From a virus (taxonomy: Duplodnaviria > Heunggongvirae > Uroviricota > Caudoviricetes), in the IMG/VR virus record IMGVR_UViG_3300032007_000002: a stretch of DNA of 64,000 bases; one strand, 5' to 3'. A program made the position numbers and the translations under genes. The number at the start of each line of letters is the position of its first letter. The first letter of the stretch is position 1. The notes beneath the pieces are model-generated. The model searched no databases, was not told the DNA's origin, and was given only the letters and a program-made list of their open reading frames with translations. Shown one piece after another: positions 30,513 to 40,387 of the stretch.

Positions 30513-32285
30513 ATGGCGGATGGGAATATAAAGCATTTGATACCGTCGGTCTTGTTCAATACGGAACAGGAATATGCCGGGTATTATGATGACAGCAAGA
30601 AAAGCCGCGCCCGCACGAACATTGGCGTAGAAAGCCTGTCGGGTTCCCGGCTTGGCGATCATTATTTCATGACGCATATTGCGACCGAAAACGGGAACCT
30701 TGTCCCCAAGGCTGTTATACCGGGCATTTCCGACATTGCCAATTTGACCGAAAGCCTTTCCGGCAAGAAAGATACCCAGAACCCTGTGGAGGGCGGCGCA
30801 TCCGGCACGGCTGCGGCAACTTCCGATTTCACGTTCATTTCCAATGTGACGCAGGACCGGCAGGGTGTAATCACCCGTGAATGGAAGAAGGTTCCTGATG
30901 CGAGCACATCGGCAAAGGGAGTCGTTCAGCTATCGGATGCGACCAATTCGAGCAGCCATTCTTTGGCAGCTACCGCCTATGCCGTGAAGCAGGCGTATGA
31001 TGAAGGTCATGGCGCAGTCCATTCTGTTGTCGCATCGAGCACTAACGGAAATGTCACTGTTGATGGGACTGACGTTCAGGTTTATCGGCATCCGAGCCAT
31101 ACCGCCTATACTGGAAAGCCGACCGCAAATGCGACGCCTGGTTTTGGTGATTCGGTCACAATTTCCCAGATTGCGAGCGATGCGCTTGGGCACGTGACCG
31201 GGATGACTGACCGGACGATAACGATTCCGGCAACGAAGGCAAGCAGTTCTAAGTTGGGACTGATCCGTTTGAACTATTCTCCGGCTTCCGGCGCCAAGGA
31301 ATATGCTGTCAAGGTAAATTCCAGCGGCGATGCCTATGTTGCGGTTCCGTGGACGGATAGCGATACGAAGAACACGGTCGGGGTTGGGACCAAGAGCGGG
31401 GTGTCCGATACGATGTCGTTCTATTTCCCGTTCACGTCGTCCGTAAGCGGGAGCAGCCAGCAGTCATATACGAAGACTAACGCAAATACCGGCGATGCGT
31501 TGCTTGAAGCGACGTATGATGCGGCCACGAGCGAATGGTTCTTGGATTTTGCCGGGTTCCGTGTTCCGGTGTTTGCACAGTCGGTGGTAGGGGTCAACGA
31601 CGCCTTTGTTGCAACCGATTATGAGGGCCGGCTGACAGTTAAGAAGGGGCCGGTTCGCTATGAAAACGCTGTGACGGGACTCGCGCCCATTCTCCAGACC
31701 GATGATTACACAATGACCATTATTCAAAAGACTGGCATCATTTATGACGGGTCGCAAGTTACGTTGGGACCAGACAAGACGCCTATTGGTTTTTTACTTC
31801 CGCACGTTACTCCGAATCTTATTCCTATTATGGATCTTGACCAGGATGGCCGGACGTATGCGGATGAGATGGATCGTGTGGTTGCAATGGTCGAATACAA
31901 TGGCAGTAGGCCTCCGCTGCTTGCTGTGCAGTGGCGTAACATTCCTGGACAGGTTCATGAGGTGAGTGTGGAGAATTTTGATTCGCACCATCATGAAGTT
32001 TATGATAAAATATCGAAAATGGTCAGCAATGGCCGAATGATATATACATCTCCGAACGGGGTGTCGTCTAGGTGCTATTTGCAAGATTATTCTTTCGACC
32101 CCAATAATGGGTGGCGTGCTACATTTGCCGGCGTGTCTACGATGGGCAACCTGGCAAGGCTGGGTTTGGTGGACTGTTCGTCAAATCACGGCACGCAAAC
32201 GATGAACGCACGTGAGATGACCTTGTACCCAATCGACATCTCGGGCACTTATGGCAATGAGCGAAACACGATTTACTTCCTGTGA
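30513..32285 (+). CDS. tail fibre protein
   Basis: DASTSAKGVVQLSDATNS.S..LAAT..AVK.AYD is the classic phage tail-fibre repeat; DALGHVTG motif. Confidence 0.8.
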   Translation: MADGNIKHLIPSVLFNTEQEYAGYYDDSKKSRARTNIGVESLSGSRLGDHYFMTHIATENGNLVPKAVIPGISDIANLTESLSGKKDTQNPVEGGASGTAAATSDFTFISNVTQDRQGVITREWKKVPDASTSAKGVVQLSDATNSSSHSLAATAYAVKQAYDEGHGAVHSVVASSTNGNVTVDGTDVQVYRHPSHTAYTGKPTANATPGFGDSVTISQIASDALGHVTGMTDRTITIPATKASSSKLGLIRLNYSPASGAKEYAVKVNSSGDAYVAVPWTDSDTKNTVGVGTKSGVSDTMSFYFPFTSSVSGSSQQSYTKTNANTGDALLEATYDAATSEWFLDFAGFRVPVFAQSVVGVNDAFVATDYEGRLTVKKGPVRYENAVTGLAPILQTDDYTMTIIQKTGIIYDGSQVTLGPDKTPIGFLLPHVTPNLIPIMDLDQDGRTYADEMDRVVAMVEYNGSRPPLLAVQWRNIPGQVHEVSVENFDSHHHEVYDKISKMVSNGRMIYTSPNGVSSRCYLQDYSFDPNNGWRATFAGVSTMGNLARLGLVDCSSNHGTQTMNAREMTLYPIDISGTYGNERNTIYFL

Positions 32286-32296
32286 TGAGGTGACCT

Positions 32297-33769
32297 TTGA
32301 GCGGTATTGTTTATGACGAAGAACGTCCATTTGCCCCGGTAGTCAATGACCGGCTTCGGACTGTATTGACCAATCATACTGGGCAATCTGACGCTCACCT
32401 CTCATTCCCTTATCTGGGCATACTTGGCGAGCCGATGCTGAAACAGTATATAGCATTTGACCGGCCCGTAACTGATAATTTTGGCGCAGCGGGTGTTATA
32501 TACAAGAAATCAACGGCTTCACAGCCAAATCGTTCATGGATTGAGTTTCAGCGCGATCCGTCCAATAATCTCATTGTGAGCGCTAGTTCGCAGATGATGT
32601 GGATGCTGAAATATCCTTTTCCTGCGGGTGGACAGGGGTTTCCGTCCCCGTATGCGGATGTTGTCGTTTCGCTTGCTGGAATAAGCGATTATACCGCAAG
32701 GGGGTTTACAGGGAATGGTGATTCGGTAGTCCCGTCGATTGCGTATGGCGGATCCCCGTCGGCAATGACAGGGCATGCCGATGTTTCAAAGGCCGTGACG
32801 TTTAAGTTCTGGGGGCTTGACAGTATATCCAATGCGACTAGATATGTTTCCGCACATTACTTGTTCCATACGGATATACGAAACCTTCCGACTGGCTACA
32901 CGCCGAATTACAGCAACCCGGTCAAGCTCTATACCGATATTAACCATGGCACCATGGGGATGATGAATGGCACCGGAACCTGGCCGCTTTATGTCTGGGA
33001 CACGGGTAGCCAGCAAGAGGGCTCCAGTACGTCATGGCATAAATTTTTGAGCGATCCGAACAATAGCGATTGGTTTAGATGCACTCGTTTCACCGACAAG
33101 GATGCGTTCCCGTCAACGTGCCCGTCCGACGGTAAGATGCTTGCATACATGCGTTTTGACATGCAGAGCGTTTCGCAGACATCGTATATTTCCACGACTG
33201 CGCCTACTGTGGGGCTTGACCTTTCCGGGTTTACCTATAAGTCCGATGCACCCGGTGCAACGCTCCATATTGATCTCGATTATGCGTTCTTGTTCTATGG
33301 CACAAAGGGTAACGGCTGGATCTATGACAATGACGGTTATAAGGATAATGTCCAAACGGCAACCGTTTCGCTGCAACCCAGCGAACGCGAAGTGGAACTT
33401 TTTAGTAATGTGGGCGGGCTGAATATCAGTGCCAAGTGTGAGTATAACGGGCCCATGCTTCGGTTGCGGTCCGCGACTGGCAGTACCATAAGGGTAAACA
33501 AGCTGACTATGGTCGCGAAGGCGAAATCACAGTATGGCGGTGATACTTGGGAACGCGACAATACAAAAACTATTACCACTGCGTTTGACATCCCGGTGGG
33601 TGGCAGCACTTCGTTCTATTATTGGTACAATTATCCTGTCCAAGTTGCGAGTAATACCTCGAAGACGTATTTAAAAGCTATATTTGAGCTTAGCAACGGC
33701 AAGAAACTCACGTTCGAGATTAACTCGACCGGCGGTATCACCTTGCGGCTTAAATGTATAGAGGAATGA
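32297..33769 (+). CDS. probable receptor-binding/fibre-tip protein
   Basis: TTG start with GAGGTG RBS; T/S/Y/W-rich beta composition; follows fibre gene; atypical codon usage. Confidence 0.55.
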   Translation: MSGIVYDEERPFAPVVNDRLRTVLTNHTGQSDAHLSFPYLGILGEPMLKQYIAFDRPVTDNFGAAGVIYKKSTASQPNRSWIEFQRDPSNNLIVSASSQMMWMLKYPFPAGGQGFPSPYADVVVSLAGISDYTARGFTGNGDSVVPSIAYGGSPSAMTGHADVSKAVTFKFWGLDSISNATRYVSAHYLFHTDIRNLPTGYTPNYSNPVKLYTDINHGTMGMMNGTGTWPLYVWDTGSQQEGSSTSWHKFLSDPNNSDWFRCTRFTDKDAFPSTCPSDGKMLAYMRFDMQSVSQTSYISTTAPTVGLDLSGFTYKSDAPGATLHIDLDYAFLFYGTKGNGWIYDNDGYKDNVQTATVSLQPSEREVELFSNVGGLNISAKCEYNGPMLRLRSATGSTIRVNKLTMVAKAKSQYGGDTWERDNTKTITTAFDIPVGGSTSFYYWYNYPVQVASNTSKTYLKAIFELSNGKKLTFEINSTGGITLRLKCIEE

Positions 33770-34731
33770 TGCGTTTCGATGCGGAAGGATATGTTCGCCT
33801 AGTCAATGCCCCGGAAACTGCCGGGGTTCTTTATGGACTGCTGGATGCGCTGGAAGAGAATTTTCCGGGTGCGGCCAGATTGGTTTCCGAGATACGCGGT
33901 GCGCTTTGGCGTTCTGCTGACAAGGTTCCGGTAGTTCCTGCGCAGATTGGAGCGTGGCCGCATATCAAGGTAGATGTTCCTATAACCGACCGGTGTAACC
34001 TTGCCTGTAAGGCATGCTCCCACTTCGCTCCCATAGCGAAGGATGCGCCAATGGTTGACCGTGAGGACATAGCGGCCTCGCTGGAACTGTTGAAACGGTC
34101 ATGCGGGGACATCGTGTTTACTGTATTCCTCATTGGCGGGGAGCCCTTGCTGCACCGTGACCTGGAGGCAATTATCCGGGACACCCGGAAAATCTTCCCG
34201 GACTGCGAACGTTATGTGGTCTCCAACATGCTGCTGTATGGCAGGTGGCGAGGGGTGTTCAGGGATCTGCTGCCTCAGACGGGCACGGCTCTCGGGTATA
34301 GCTGTTACGGGGAGGTCAACCGGCGCGTAATCGAGATTGCCCGCAGGGACAGCGAAACCTATCACTTCCCCTTTGTCCAGTTTGGAACCAATCCGCCGGA
34401 GTTCACCTCCTACTTGAAGAGCGCCGACCCGAAATATCCGGCCACCGGAAAGGCCGATTGCTACATGGCCAACTGCCCTACCCTAATCGGAAACTACCTG
34501 TATTTGTGCAGCCCGGTCTCATATCTTCAATATCCCAATGCCGCGTTCGGGATGAACTTGCAGGCGACCTGCTATGACCGAATAGACTTGCGCGAGGTTG
34601 AACATCCCGACGAGGTCCTTGTCCTAACCCGATTGCCGCATCCGTTTTGCCGTCACTGCAACGTAAAAGGCAACCACCCGATAGGATGGTCGCCAAGCAA
34701 GTGTGAACGCGGCGAGTGGTTCGAGGACTAG
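33766..34731 (+). CDS. radical SAM protein with C-terminal auxiliary Cys cluster
   Basis: CNLACKACSHF (CxxxCxxC), GGEPLLH, C-terminal C...C...C and CRHC. Confidence 0.9.
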   Translation: MMRFDAEGYVRLVNAPETAGVLYGLLDALEENFPGAARLVSEIRGALWRSADKVPVVPAQIGAWPHIKVDVPITDRCNLACKACSHFAPIAKDAPMVDREDIAASLELLKRSCGDIVFTVFLIGGEPLLHRDLEAIIRDTRKIFPDCERYVVSNMLLYGRWRGVFRDLLPQTGTALGYSCYGEVNRRVIEIARRDSETYHFPFVQFGTNPPEFTSYLKSADPKYPATGKADCYMANCPTLIGNYLYLCSPVSYLQYPNAAFGMNLQATCYDRIDLREVEHPDEVLVLTRLPHPFCRHCNVKGNHPIGWSPSKCERGEWFED

Positions 34732-35390
34732 CCGAAGAATTTCGCGAACGCCTCGTTCATTACCCGCCAGTCGTTGTGGTGTTTCAGCCGCTCGTTGACG
34801 AGCCCACAGGCGCCATTGTGGAACTGGACGACGTGCGGGACTTCATGGAACAACGAGAGAATCTTGATGCCCTTTCGCTTCGCATACAGGTGGTAGAGCA
34901 GGTCGTCGTGGTATGACTGGCGAGACAGGCAGTAGTCTGCGATTGCCGCGAATACGTAGGGGTTGTATGCTCCGGGCGGATGCAGGGTCGCATATCCCCA
35001 GGGGATCCCGTCGCCTACGGTCTGTGCGATGATGCAGCCGGGGTTCTGTTTCCACTTGTTGTAGAGTTCCCCCGCGTAGTCATATTTGTATAGGCAGTCG
35101 TCATCCGCGCTTATGATGGGGAGGTCCGGGTAGGCCTTCATTGCGAAGATGATTTTCTTGTAGGGCTTGTAGTTCTTGTGGACCCAGAGTATCTGGACGA
35201 CACCGGTTTTCGCGAGCGCTTGCAGGTCAGCCGGCAGCTCGGCTTCTTTCCGCGGGAACTCTTCGTCGGACAGGGTGAGGACTACCTTGAAGCCCTTGCA
35301 GTGTTTCAGTATGCTGAAAATCGTGAGGCCCACTCCCTTGATGCGGGCTTTCCACGAAGTCAGCGCGATTATCCCCTTTATGTTTTCCAT
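34728..35390 (-). CDS. GT-A fold glycosyltransferase
   Basis: ALTSW..RI, KK......YPD.PII.ADDD (DxD), HDD. Confidence 0.8.
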   Translation of the reverse strand: MENIKGIIALTSWKARIKGVGLTIFSILKHCKGFKVVLTLSDEEFPRKEAELPADLQALAKTGVVQILWVHKNYKPYKKIIFAMKAYPDLPIISADDDCLYKYDYAGELYNKWKQNPGCIIAQTVGDGIPWGYATLHPPGAYNPYVFAAIADYCLSRQSYHDDLLYHLYAKRKGIKILSLFHEVPHVVQFHNGACGLVNERLKHHNDWRVMNEAFAKFFG

Positions 35391-35394
35391 GTAG

Positions 35395-36039
35395 TTACTT
35401 CTTTTCCCCGTATTTCTTGGCGAGCGCCTGTGCTATCCGGGCACCTTCCTTTACGCCGAGCGTGGTGATCTGGTTGTCCGTGCAGAATTTGGCGAGACGT
35501 GCTGCGATTTTCTTGGCAAACTCGAAATTGTCGGTGTCCTTTGTCTGGACCATCTCGTCCTGGGCTTCGCGGACTGCGCCCGACTGCACGAACTTGGTGA
35601 CGATTTCTTCCGTGGGCATTGCCGGGACCTGTTCCTGGTTTACTGCGCCCGGTGTTTCGTCTCCGGTCGGAGGGGGTGCGTCAACCGTGTCCTGCGCTGC
35701 GGTATCGTCTGGTGCAGCCGCGCCGTCCGTGGAAATGTCGCCACCGCCAAGGTCTGCCCCGGCATCCATGCCGCCGAGCCCGCCATCGTCAGCCGGCAGG
35801 CTTGCATCGACCGCATTGGGATCGTCTGTGGCGGGTTCGGTCGCGGAGACATCGGCGGTTTCCGGTGCCGGAACTGCTGCGGCATCTGCCGGGGCATCGG
35901 TTTCCGTTTCCGTAGTCGGGACGCTGCCGTCACCTTCGGCTTCGAAGATTGCCATTGCTGCCTTGATTGTCGCTTCTACGAGGGGGACATCGGGGCAATC
36001 CTGCCGGATGTCTTTGAAGAACGGTGCAAGTTCATTCAT
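35395..36039 (-). CDS. acidic protein with AIFE leader, candidate internal head protein
   Basis: MNEL...DC....VEA..KA..AIFE-A leader, low-complexity D/A/P/T linker. Confidence 0.65.
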   Translation of the reverse strand: MNELAPFFKDIRQDCPDVPLVEATIKAAMAIFEAEGDGSVPTTETETDAPADAAAVPAPETADVSATEPATDDPNAVDASLPADDGGLGGMDAGADLGGGDISTDGAAAPDDTAAQDTVDAPPPTGDETPGAVNQEQVPAMPTEEIVTKFVQSGAVREAQDEMVQTKDTDNFEFAKKIAARLAKFCTDNQITTLGVKEGARIAQALAKKYGEKK

Positions 36040-36060
36040 TGTGTTGCCAAGTGCTTTTGA

Positions 36061-36095
36061 CATAGTTTATAGCGTCGCCCCGGCTATAAACTATG
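36061..36095. promoter_or_regulatory. back-to-back late promoters forming a perfect 13-bp inverted repeat
   Basis: CATAGTTTATAGC-n9-GCTATAAACTATG. Confidence 0.85.
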
Positions 36096-36117
36096 GGTAA
36101 TTACGGAGACAAATGAA

Positions 36118-36510
36118 ATGAACGAATTGGACCAGATGATTGCGGCCACCAAGGCCGACATTGCCGATGACAATATCCTTGCCGAGGCTTTCGAGAAAGG
36201 CGCAAGGGCTATTTTCGAGGGTGTTGGCGCCGAGGGGACCGAAACCACGTCGCTTCCGACCGAAATGGGTGACGTGAGCGGTGACAAGGCAAAGGAAATT
36301 GCCTCTGCCGTGACCAACCTTGGCGAAACCCAGGATGCCGCTGCCGAGGCGAAGGAAGCCGTTGACAAGTCGACGGAGCTTTCTGAACGTGCCGAAAACG
36401 AGGCCAAGCTCGCCGATGCCGACAAGGCTGTCGCCGATGCCGCCAAGACGGCTGCCGACGTCACCAACTCGGTGACCACCGAGAAGAACGAACAACAGCA
36501 GCAGGCCTAG
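36118..36510 (+). CDS. acidic protein with AIFE leader, candidate internal head protein
   Basis: MNELD...DDNIL.EAF.K.A.AIFE-G leader. Confidence 0.65.
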   Translation: MNELDQMIAATKADIADDNILAEAFEKGARAIFEGVGAEGTETTSLPTEMGDVSGDKAKEIASAVTNLGETQDAAAEAKEAVDKSTELSERAENEAKLADADKAVADAAKTAADVTNSVTTEKNEQQQQA

Positions 36511-36512
36511 TC

Positions 36513-37046
36513 ATGCCGTCGAGTTTCGAGACATTCCTCGAAACGGTGCGCGGCAAGCTCGGTGAGGAATGCTACGACAACGTTTGCCGGAGATACCAGA
36601 CGTATCTTGAAAACTGCGCCCCTCCCCCGTTGAGGGTCCCGGACTCCATGCGTGCGAACGCGATGGTCTGGGGGTATTCCGACATGCTCAACATCCTCAC
36701 CCCGTCGGGTGCGGTTGACGGGAACGACTGTACGGGGAAGGCATATACCAACCCCAACCAGCCCGCGCCGTCGATGAAGGACCAGAGCGGGCAGATTGAC
36801 CCGAAGAACTGGGAACACCCGAAGTTCAAGAAGCCTACGCACCTGACGTCGATACCGATCAGGAAGATGATGGAACGCGCACAGTCGCACATCAAGCAGC
36901 CGATGGAATTGGCGAACGCGAGCCAGGTATATCCGAACAAGGTCGGGCCGTTCTCGGGCCGCGACGGGTATAACGTTCCCGTGAGCACCTACGTCGGCGG
37001 GGATTCCAGCAGCTCGGCATCCTCGTCCGCATCTACATCGGAGTAG
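36513..37046 (+). CDS. hypothetical protein
   Basis: 177-aa ORF; FETFLE/YLE N-terminal sites; Ser-rich tail. Confidence 0.65.
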   Translation: MPSSFETFLETVRGKLGEECYDNVCRRYQTYLENCAPPPLRVPDSMRANAMVWGYSDMLNILTPSGAVDGNDCTGKAYTNPNQPAPSMKDQSGQIDPKNWEHPKFKKPTHLTSIPIRKMMERAQSHIKQPMELANASQVYPNKVGPFSGRDGYNVPVSTYVGGDSSSSASSSASTSE

Positions 37047-37098
37047 GCATGGGTTCCGAAGTTTAAATTTGTATTTTTCGACTGGGTGGTACTGCTAG

Positions 37099-38202
37099 AT
37101 GAAATCAAAGAAGGTTGCCGGCAAACGACTTTTCAACTACCTGCAAGGTGGGATCAAGTGGAAGGAACACAAGGACATCATCCTTGACTTCTGGATTGGT
37201 TACAAGTGCAAGGACTATGGCTATCAGCCTAGCCAGTTTGCCCGCATGGTCCGCGTGGTGGACCTTCCTACCGAGGCGCAGAAGCGTTACGAGGAGTGGT
37301 TCAACAGCTACGATTTTCAGAACACGACGGACAAGGCGTGGCTTTCGTTCGTCGATGGCACGCTGAACATCTTCTACCACACGAAGAACCCCGTGATGGA
37401 CCCGGACGACACTTGGTATATCGAGTTGATGCAGTCCGAAGTCAGGGCCCGCGACATTGCTGAAAAACAGACATATCACGGGCGTCCGAACCTGAACAGC
37501 TTCTTCCGTTCCGATACCAACTCGAAGCCGGAAGAAGTCGGTGGCCGTCGAAACGGCTACATTTTCTCGTATAGGCTTGCGGAACTCGATACGTCCCGCG
37601 AAGACAACATGTATTGGGGCATCGTATTCCAGTGCCCCGAGACGGTTACGCTGCAGTTTGACAACAATGGGCGGACCGACAGCAGGTCGATTAACTGGGC
37701 CGCCAATGCCACGCACATGACGCTGGTGCGCGTATGTGCTGACGGGCGCCTGAAAATTGTCCCTGTGTTTGTGGAGGGCAAGGACTGGCATGCCGACCGG
37801 TATGTCCCCGAGGGGCAGGTGAACCAGTCACCGATGTCACCGAAGGCATTGCTTGCCTATGTCAAGGAGAAGTTCCAGGATCTTTATGGTATCTGGGACG
37901 ACATTGACGCGGCAGTGAAGAGCGATAACGAAGGGCAGACCGCCCGTGAAAACGCGATGAACGTCATGAACGACGAAGAAATCAAGGTCGGCAGGGTCAT
38001 CCCGAACATCGAGAAGTTCATCCGCGAGGGTAACGTGTCCGATGCCAAGCGCGAATACAACAAGGAAGTCCGAAAGGCGGTGAAGGCCCAGGTCAAGGGT
38101 TCCGAAAGCGCCAAGAAGGAGAAGATGCGCAATATAGTCAAGGCCAAGAAACGTGCAGCCGATGCGCGTCTTGCCAAGCTGCGGGTGGCGTTGGAGGACT
38201 AG
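37099..38202 (+). CDS. hypothetical protein with basic coiled-coil C-terminus
   Basis: 367-aa ORF; TGTATTTTT box at 37070. Confidence 0.75.
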   Translation: MKSKKVAGKRLFNYLQGGIKWKEHKDIILDFWIGYKCKDYGYQPSQFARMVRVVDLPTEAQKRYEEWFNSYDFQNTTDKAWLSFVDGTLNIFYHTKNPVMDPDDTWYIELMQSEVRARDIAEKQTYHGRPNLNSFFRSDTNSKPEEVGGRRNGYIFSYRLAELDTSREDNMYWGIVFQCPETVTLQFDNNGRTDSRSINWAANATHMTLVRVCADGRLKIVPVFVEGKDWHADRYVPEGQVNQSPMSPKALLAYVKEKFQDLYGIWDDIDAAVKSDNEGQTARENAMNVMNDEEIKVGRVIPNIEKFIREGNVSDAKREYNKEVRKAVKAQVKGSESAKKEKMRNIVKAKKRAADARLAKLRVALED

Positions 38203-38204
38203 CC

Positions 38205-38489
38205 ATGTCGCCTGACCGTTTCGCATTATGGAAATTCAAGACAATCGAGGGCATCCTCCAGGGATGGTGTCCTGGCGACTTCACCCGTTCCAAGTATGAA
38301 CAGGACGGGAAGCTCCGTGCCACGATTGAATACGATCCGAAACAGGAAACCGCCATGGTCTCCGTGGATGGGTCGTCGCCGGTGCAGGTTCCGTTCAGGG
38401 GACTTGTCGGCAAGCTCAAGGAACTTGGCCTGTATGTCCAGCGCGACAGGAAGTTCTGCCACGAAAACGCGCTGATACCATTTTGCTAA
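38205..38489 (+). CDS. hypothetical protein
   Basis: 94-aa ORF with GGAGG RBS. Confidence 0.65.
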   Translation: MSPDRFALWKFKTIEGILQGWCPGDFTRSKYEQDGKLRATIEYDPKQETAMVSVDGSSPVQVPFRGLVGKLKELGLYVQRDRKFCHENALIPFC

Positions 38490-38512
38490 ATCTGAATGAG
38501 GAAGGATTTGTG

Positions 38513-40387
38513 ATGGGCGCCTATAACGGATATGATTATGACATGGGCAGTGCGCTGCTCGAAATGGACAGCATCCTGCTCGAAGCGGGGGAAAGGCCTG
38601 TCTTCGTGGAGGCCGATACCGGAACCTCGGCAGATCCGGCTCCAGACGCCGGGGCGATGTCCCAGGCGGTGTGCGACTGGCTCGCCGACTTTGTAAATTC
38701 CGATGACGGCTGGGGCTACCTGGCCGCGAAACGCAGGTCCGGCAAGCTCGACGTGACAGTCGATGTCGGCGGAGTTACCATCCATGCGGACAACGAGCAC
38801 GAGAAAGGCTCGCCGACGAACTCGAAGGCCCTTGAAGTCAAGGACGGCGAGGTGTTTATCGGCCCGCGCAAGCTGATGGCATCCATCCTTTCTGCAAGTA
38901 TCAACGAGCTCATGGAGCAGGACAAGGATTCCTCATTGCAATCGGCCATCGTCAGCGTCATCCGCGGAGATTCCGCGAAGGGGAACCTGAACGTGAAGTT
39001 CAAGAAGGCCATCGGGGACTTTATCTCCGGCAAGCGCCCGAAGCCGGCCCCGCAGAAGCAGCAGCAACAGCCTGCGTCCCTGCCCGACCGCGTGTGGGCG
39101 TATCTTACCTCCGATGATGCGACCAAGAATAGTGGTCTCGGTGTGGATGCCAAGAATGGCCGGAACGACGGCGCACAGGAAATGCAGCCTGACTTCTATG
39201 GCGAACGCGACATCGACCGCTTCATCCAGGAAACTGCCCAGAAGGACGGCGTTGCTGTCGATCCGGCAACTGTTACGGATGACGATAAGAAGGCTATTCT
39301 CGCCCATCTCCAGAAGGTCGTGGCTGCGGTCAATGAGCTCTCTTCCGACGAGATGTCCGGGGACGATGCCACTGTCGGCAAGTATGTGACTGCCCACCTG
39401 ACAGGAGCCGGGAACGGTACCGGCAAGACTGACGGGCAGGGTGAGAACGGAGACGAGAACGACTGGGCGAAGCAGCTCTGGAAGTTCCTCCTTTCCGATA
39501 ACCAGGACAAGAACCGCATGCTCGGCCAGGACTGCCATCAGGCACGCAAGGCCGATACGCAGGTCGGCGATGATATCTACACCGATGACGCTATCCGGGA
39601 ATACATGACCGTGATGGCCGATGCGAACCCGTCGGAAATTTCCGGCTCGGCTGACAGCATTTCCGGTGCCGACGTGGACGCCTGTCGCGCCGTGATGGGC
39701 AAGGTTCCGCCTGCAATGAACCGTGTTACGCCTGAGCAGTATAACCGCAATGATGTGGAGCTCGGTGCGATTATCACCCAGTACCTTACTGCCGGTGATG
39801 CGAAGAAGGAACAGAACAACGGCATGAAGTCGGTCACTCCGGCAGCAATCATGCGCGGGTTCGAGGCATGGTATTTCGGCCAGTGGGTCCGTACCCGCGA
39901 CGAGGCCGTCAAGCATGTCGAGCGCCTGTTTAGCGGTTCCCCGTTCAGCAGCGATTCCAACGTCAGGAAGCAGATCAATTCCCACGACATCGCGAGCGGA
40001 TTTGCCAACGAGAACTATGTGGCCCGGACGGTCAACGAGTTCAAGGAGGCGATGAAGTCGTCCAAGAACGAGAAGGTAATCCCGGCGATGGACGGCAACG
40101 TGATGATGGCCATTGGCAAGTTCTTCAGCAGCACCCTTCCGGCACGCTACATGAAGCTCCGCCAGGCGGTCCAGGGCGTGGTCGAGAAGAACCCGAAGGC
40201 TGCGAAGGAATGGGAGAAGATTCCTCGCCGCGCAGCTGCGTTCGTTGACAACCGTGTCGATGCCTTCACTACCGAGAAGGTTGGCGGTAACAAGGGTGGC
40301 TGGCTTGAACAGATTGCCCAGGCTACCGAGCGCGTGAACAATTCATTCGGCCTCGAAAACGAGAAGCCGATTGCGGGGTTGAAATGA
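38513..40387 (+). CDS. hypothetical protein, possible internal head/ejection protein
   Basis: N-terminal LLE, LLE-A, FVE-A sites; internal duplication (VWAYLTSD...DFY.E.DI..F / LWKFLLSD...DIY.D..I..Y). Confidence 0.6.
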   Translation: MGAYNGYDYDMGSALLEMDSILLEAGERPVFVEADTGTSADPAPDAGAMSQAVCDWLADFVNSDDGWGYLAAKRRSGKLDVTVDVGGVTIHADNEHEKGSPTNSKALEVKDGEVFIGPRKLMASILSASINELMEQDKDSSLQSAIVSVIRGDSAKGNLNVKFKKAIGDFISGKRPKPAPQKQQQQPASLPDRVWAYLTSDDATKNSGLGVDAKNGRNDGAQEMQPDFYGERDIDRFIQETAQKDGVAVDPATVTDDDKKAILAHLQKVVAAVNELSSDEMSGDDATVGKYVTAHLTGAGNGTGKTDGQGENGDENDWAKQLWKFLLSDNQDKNRMLGQDCHQARKADTQVGDDIYTDDAIREYMTVMADANPSEISGSADSISGADVDACRAVMGKVPPAMNRVTPEQYNRNDVELGAIITQYLTAGDAKKEQNNGMKSVTPAAIMRGFEAWYFGQWVRTRDEAVKHVERLFSGSPFSSDSNVRKQINSHDIASGFANENYVARTVNEFKEAMKSSKNEKVIPAMDGNVMMAIGKFFSSTLPARYMKLRQAVQGVVEKNPKAAKEWEKIPRRAAAFVDNRVDAFTTEKVGGNKGGWLEQIAQATERVNNSFGLENEKPIAGLK

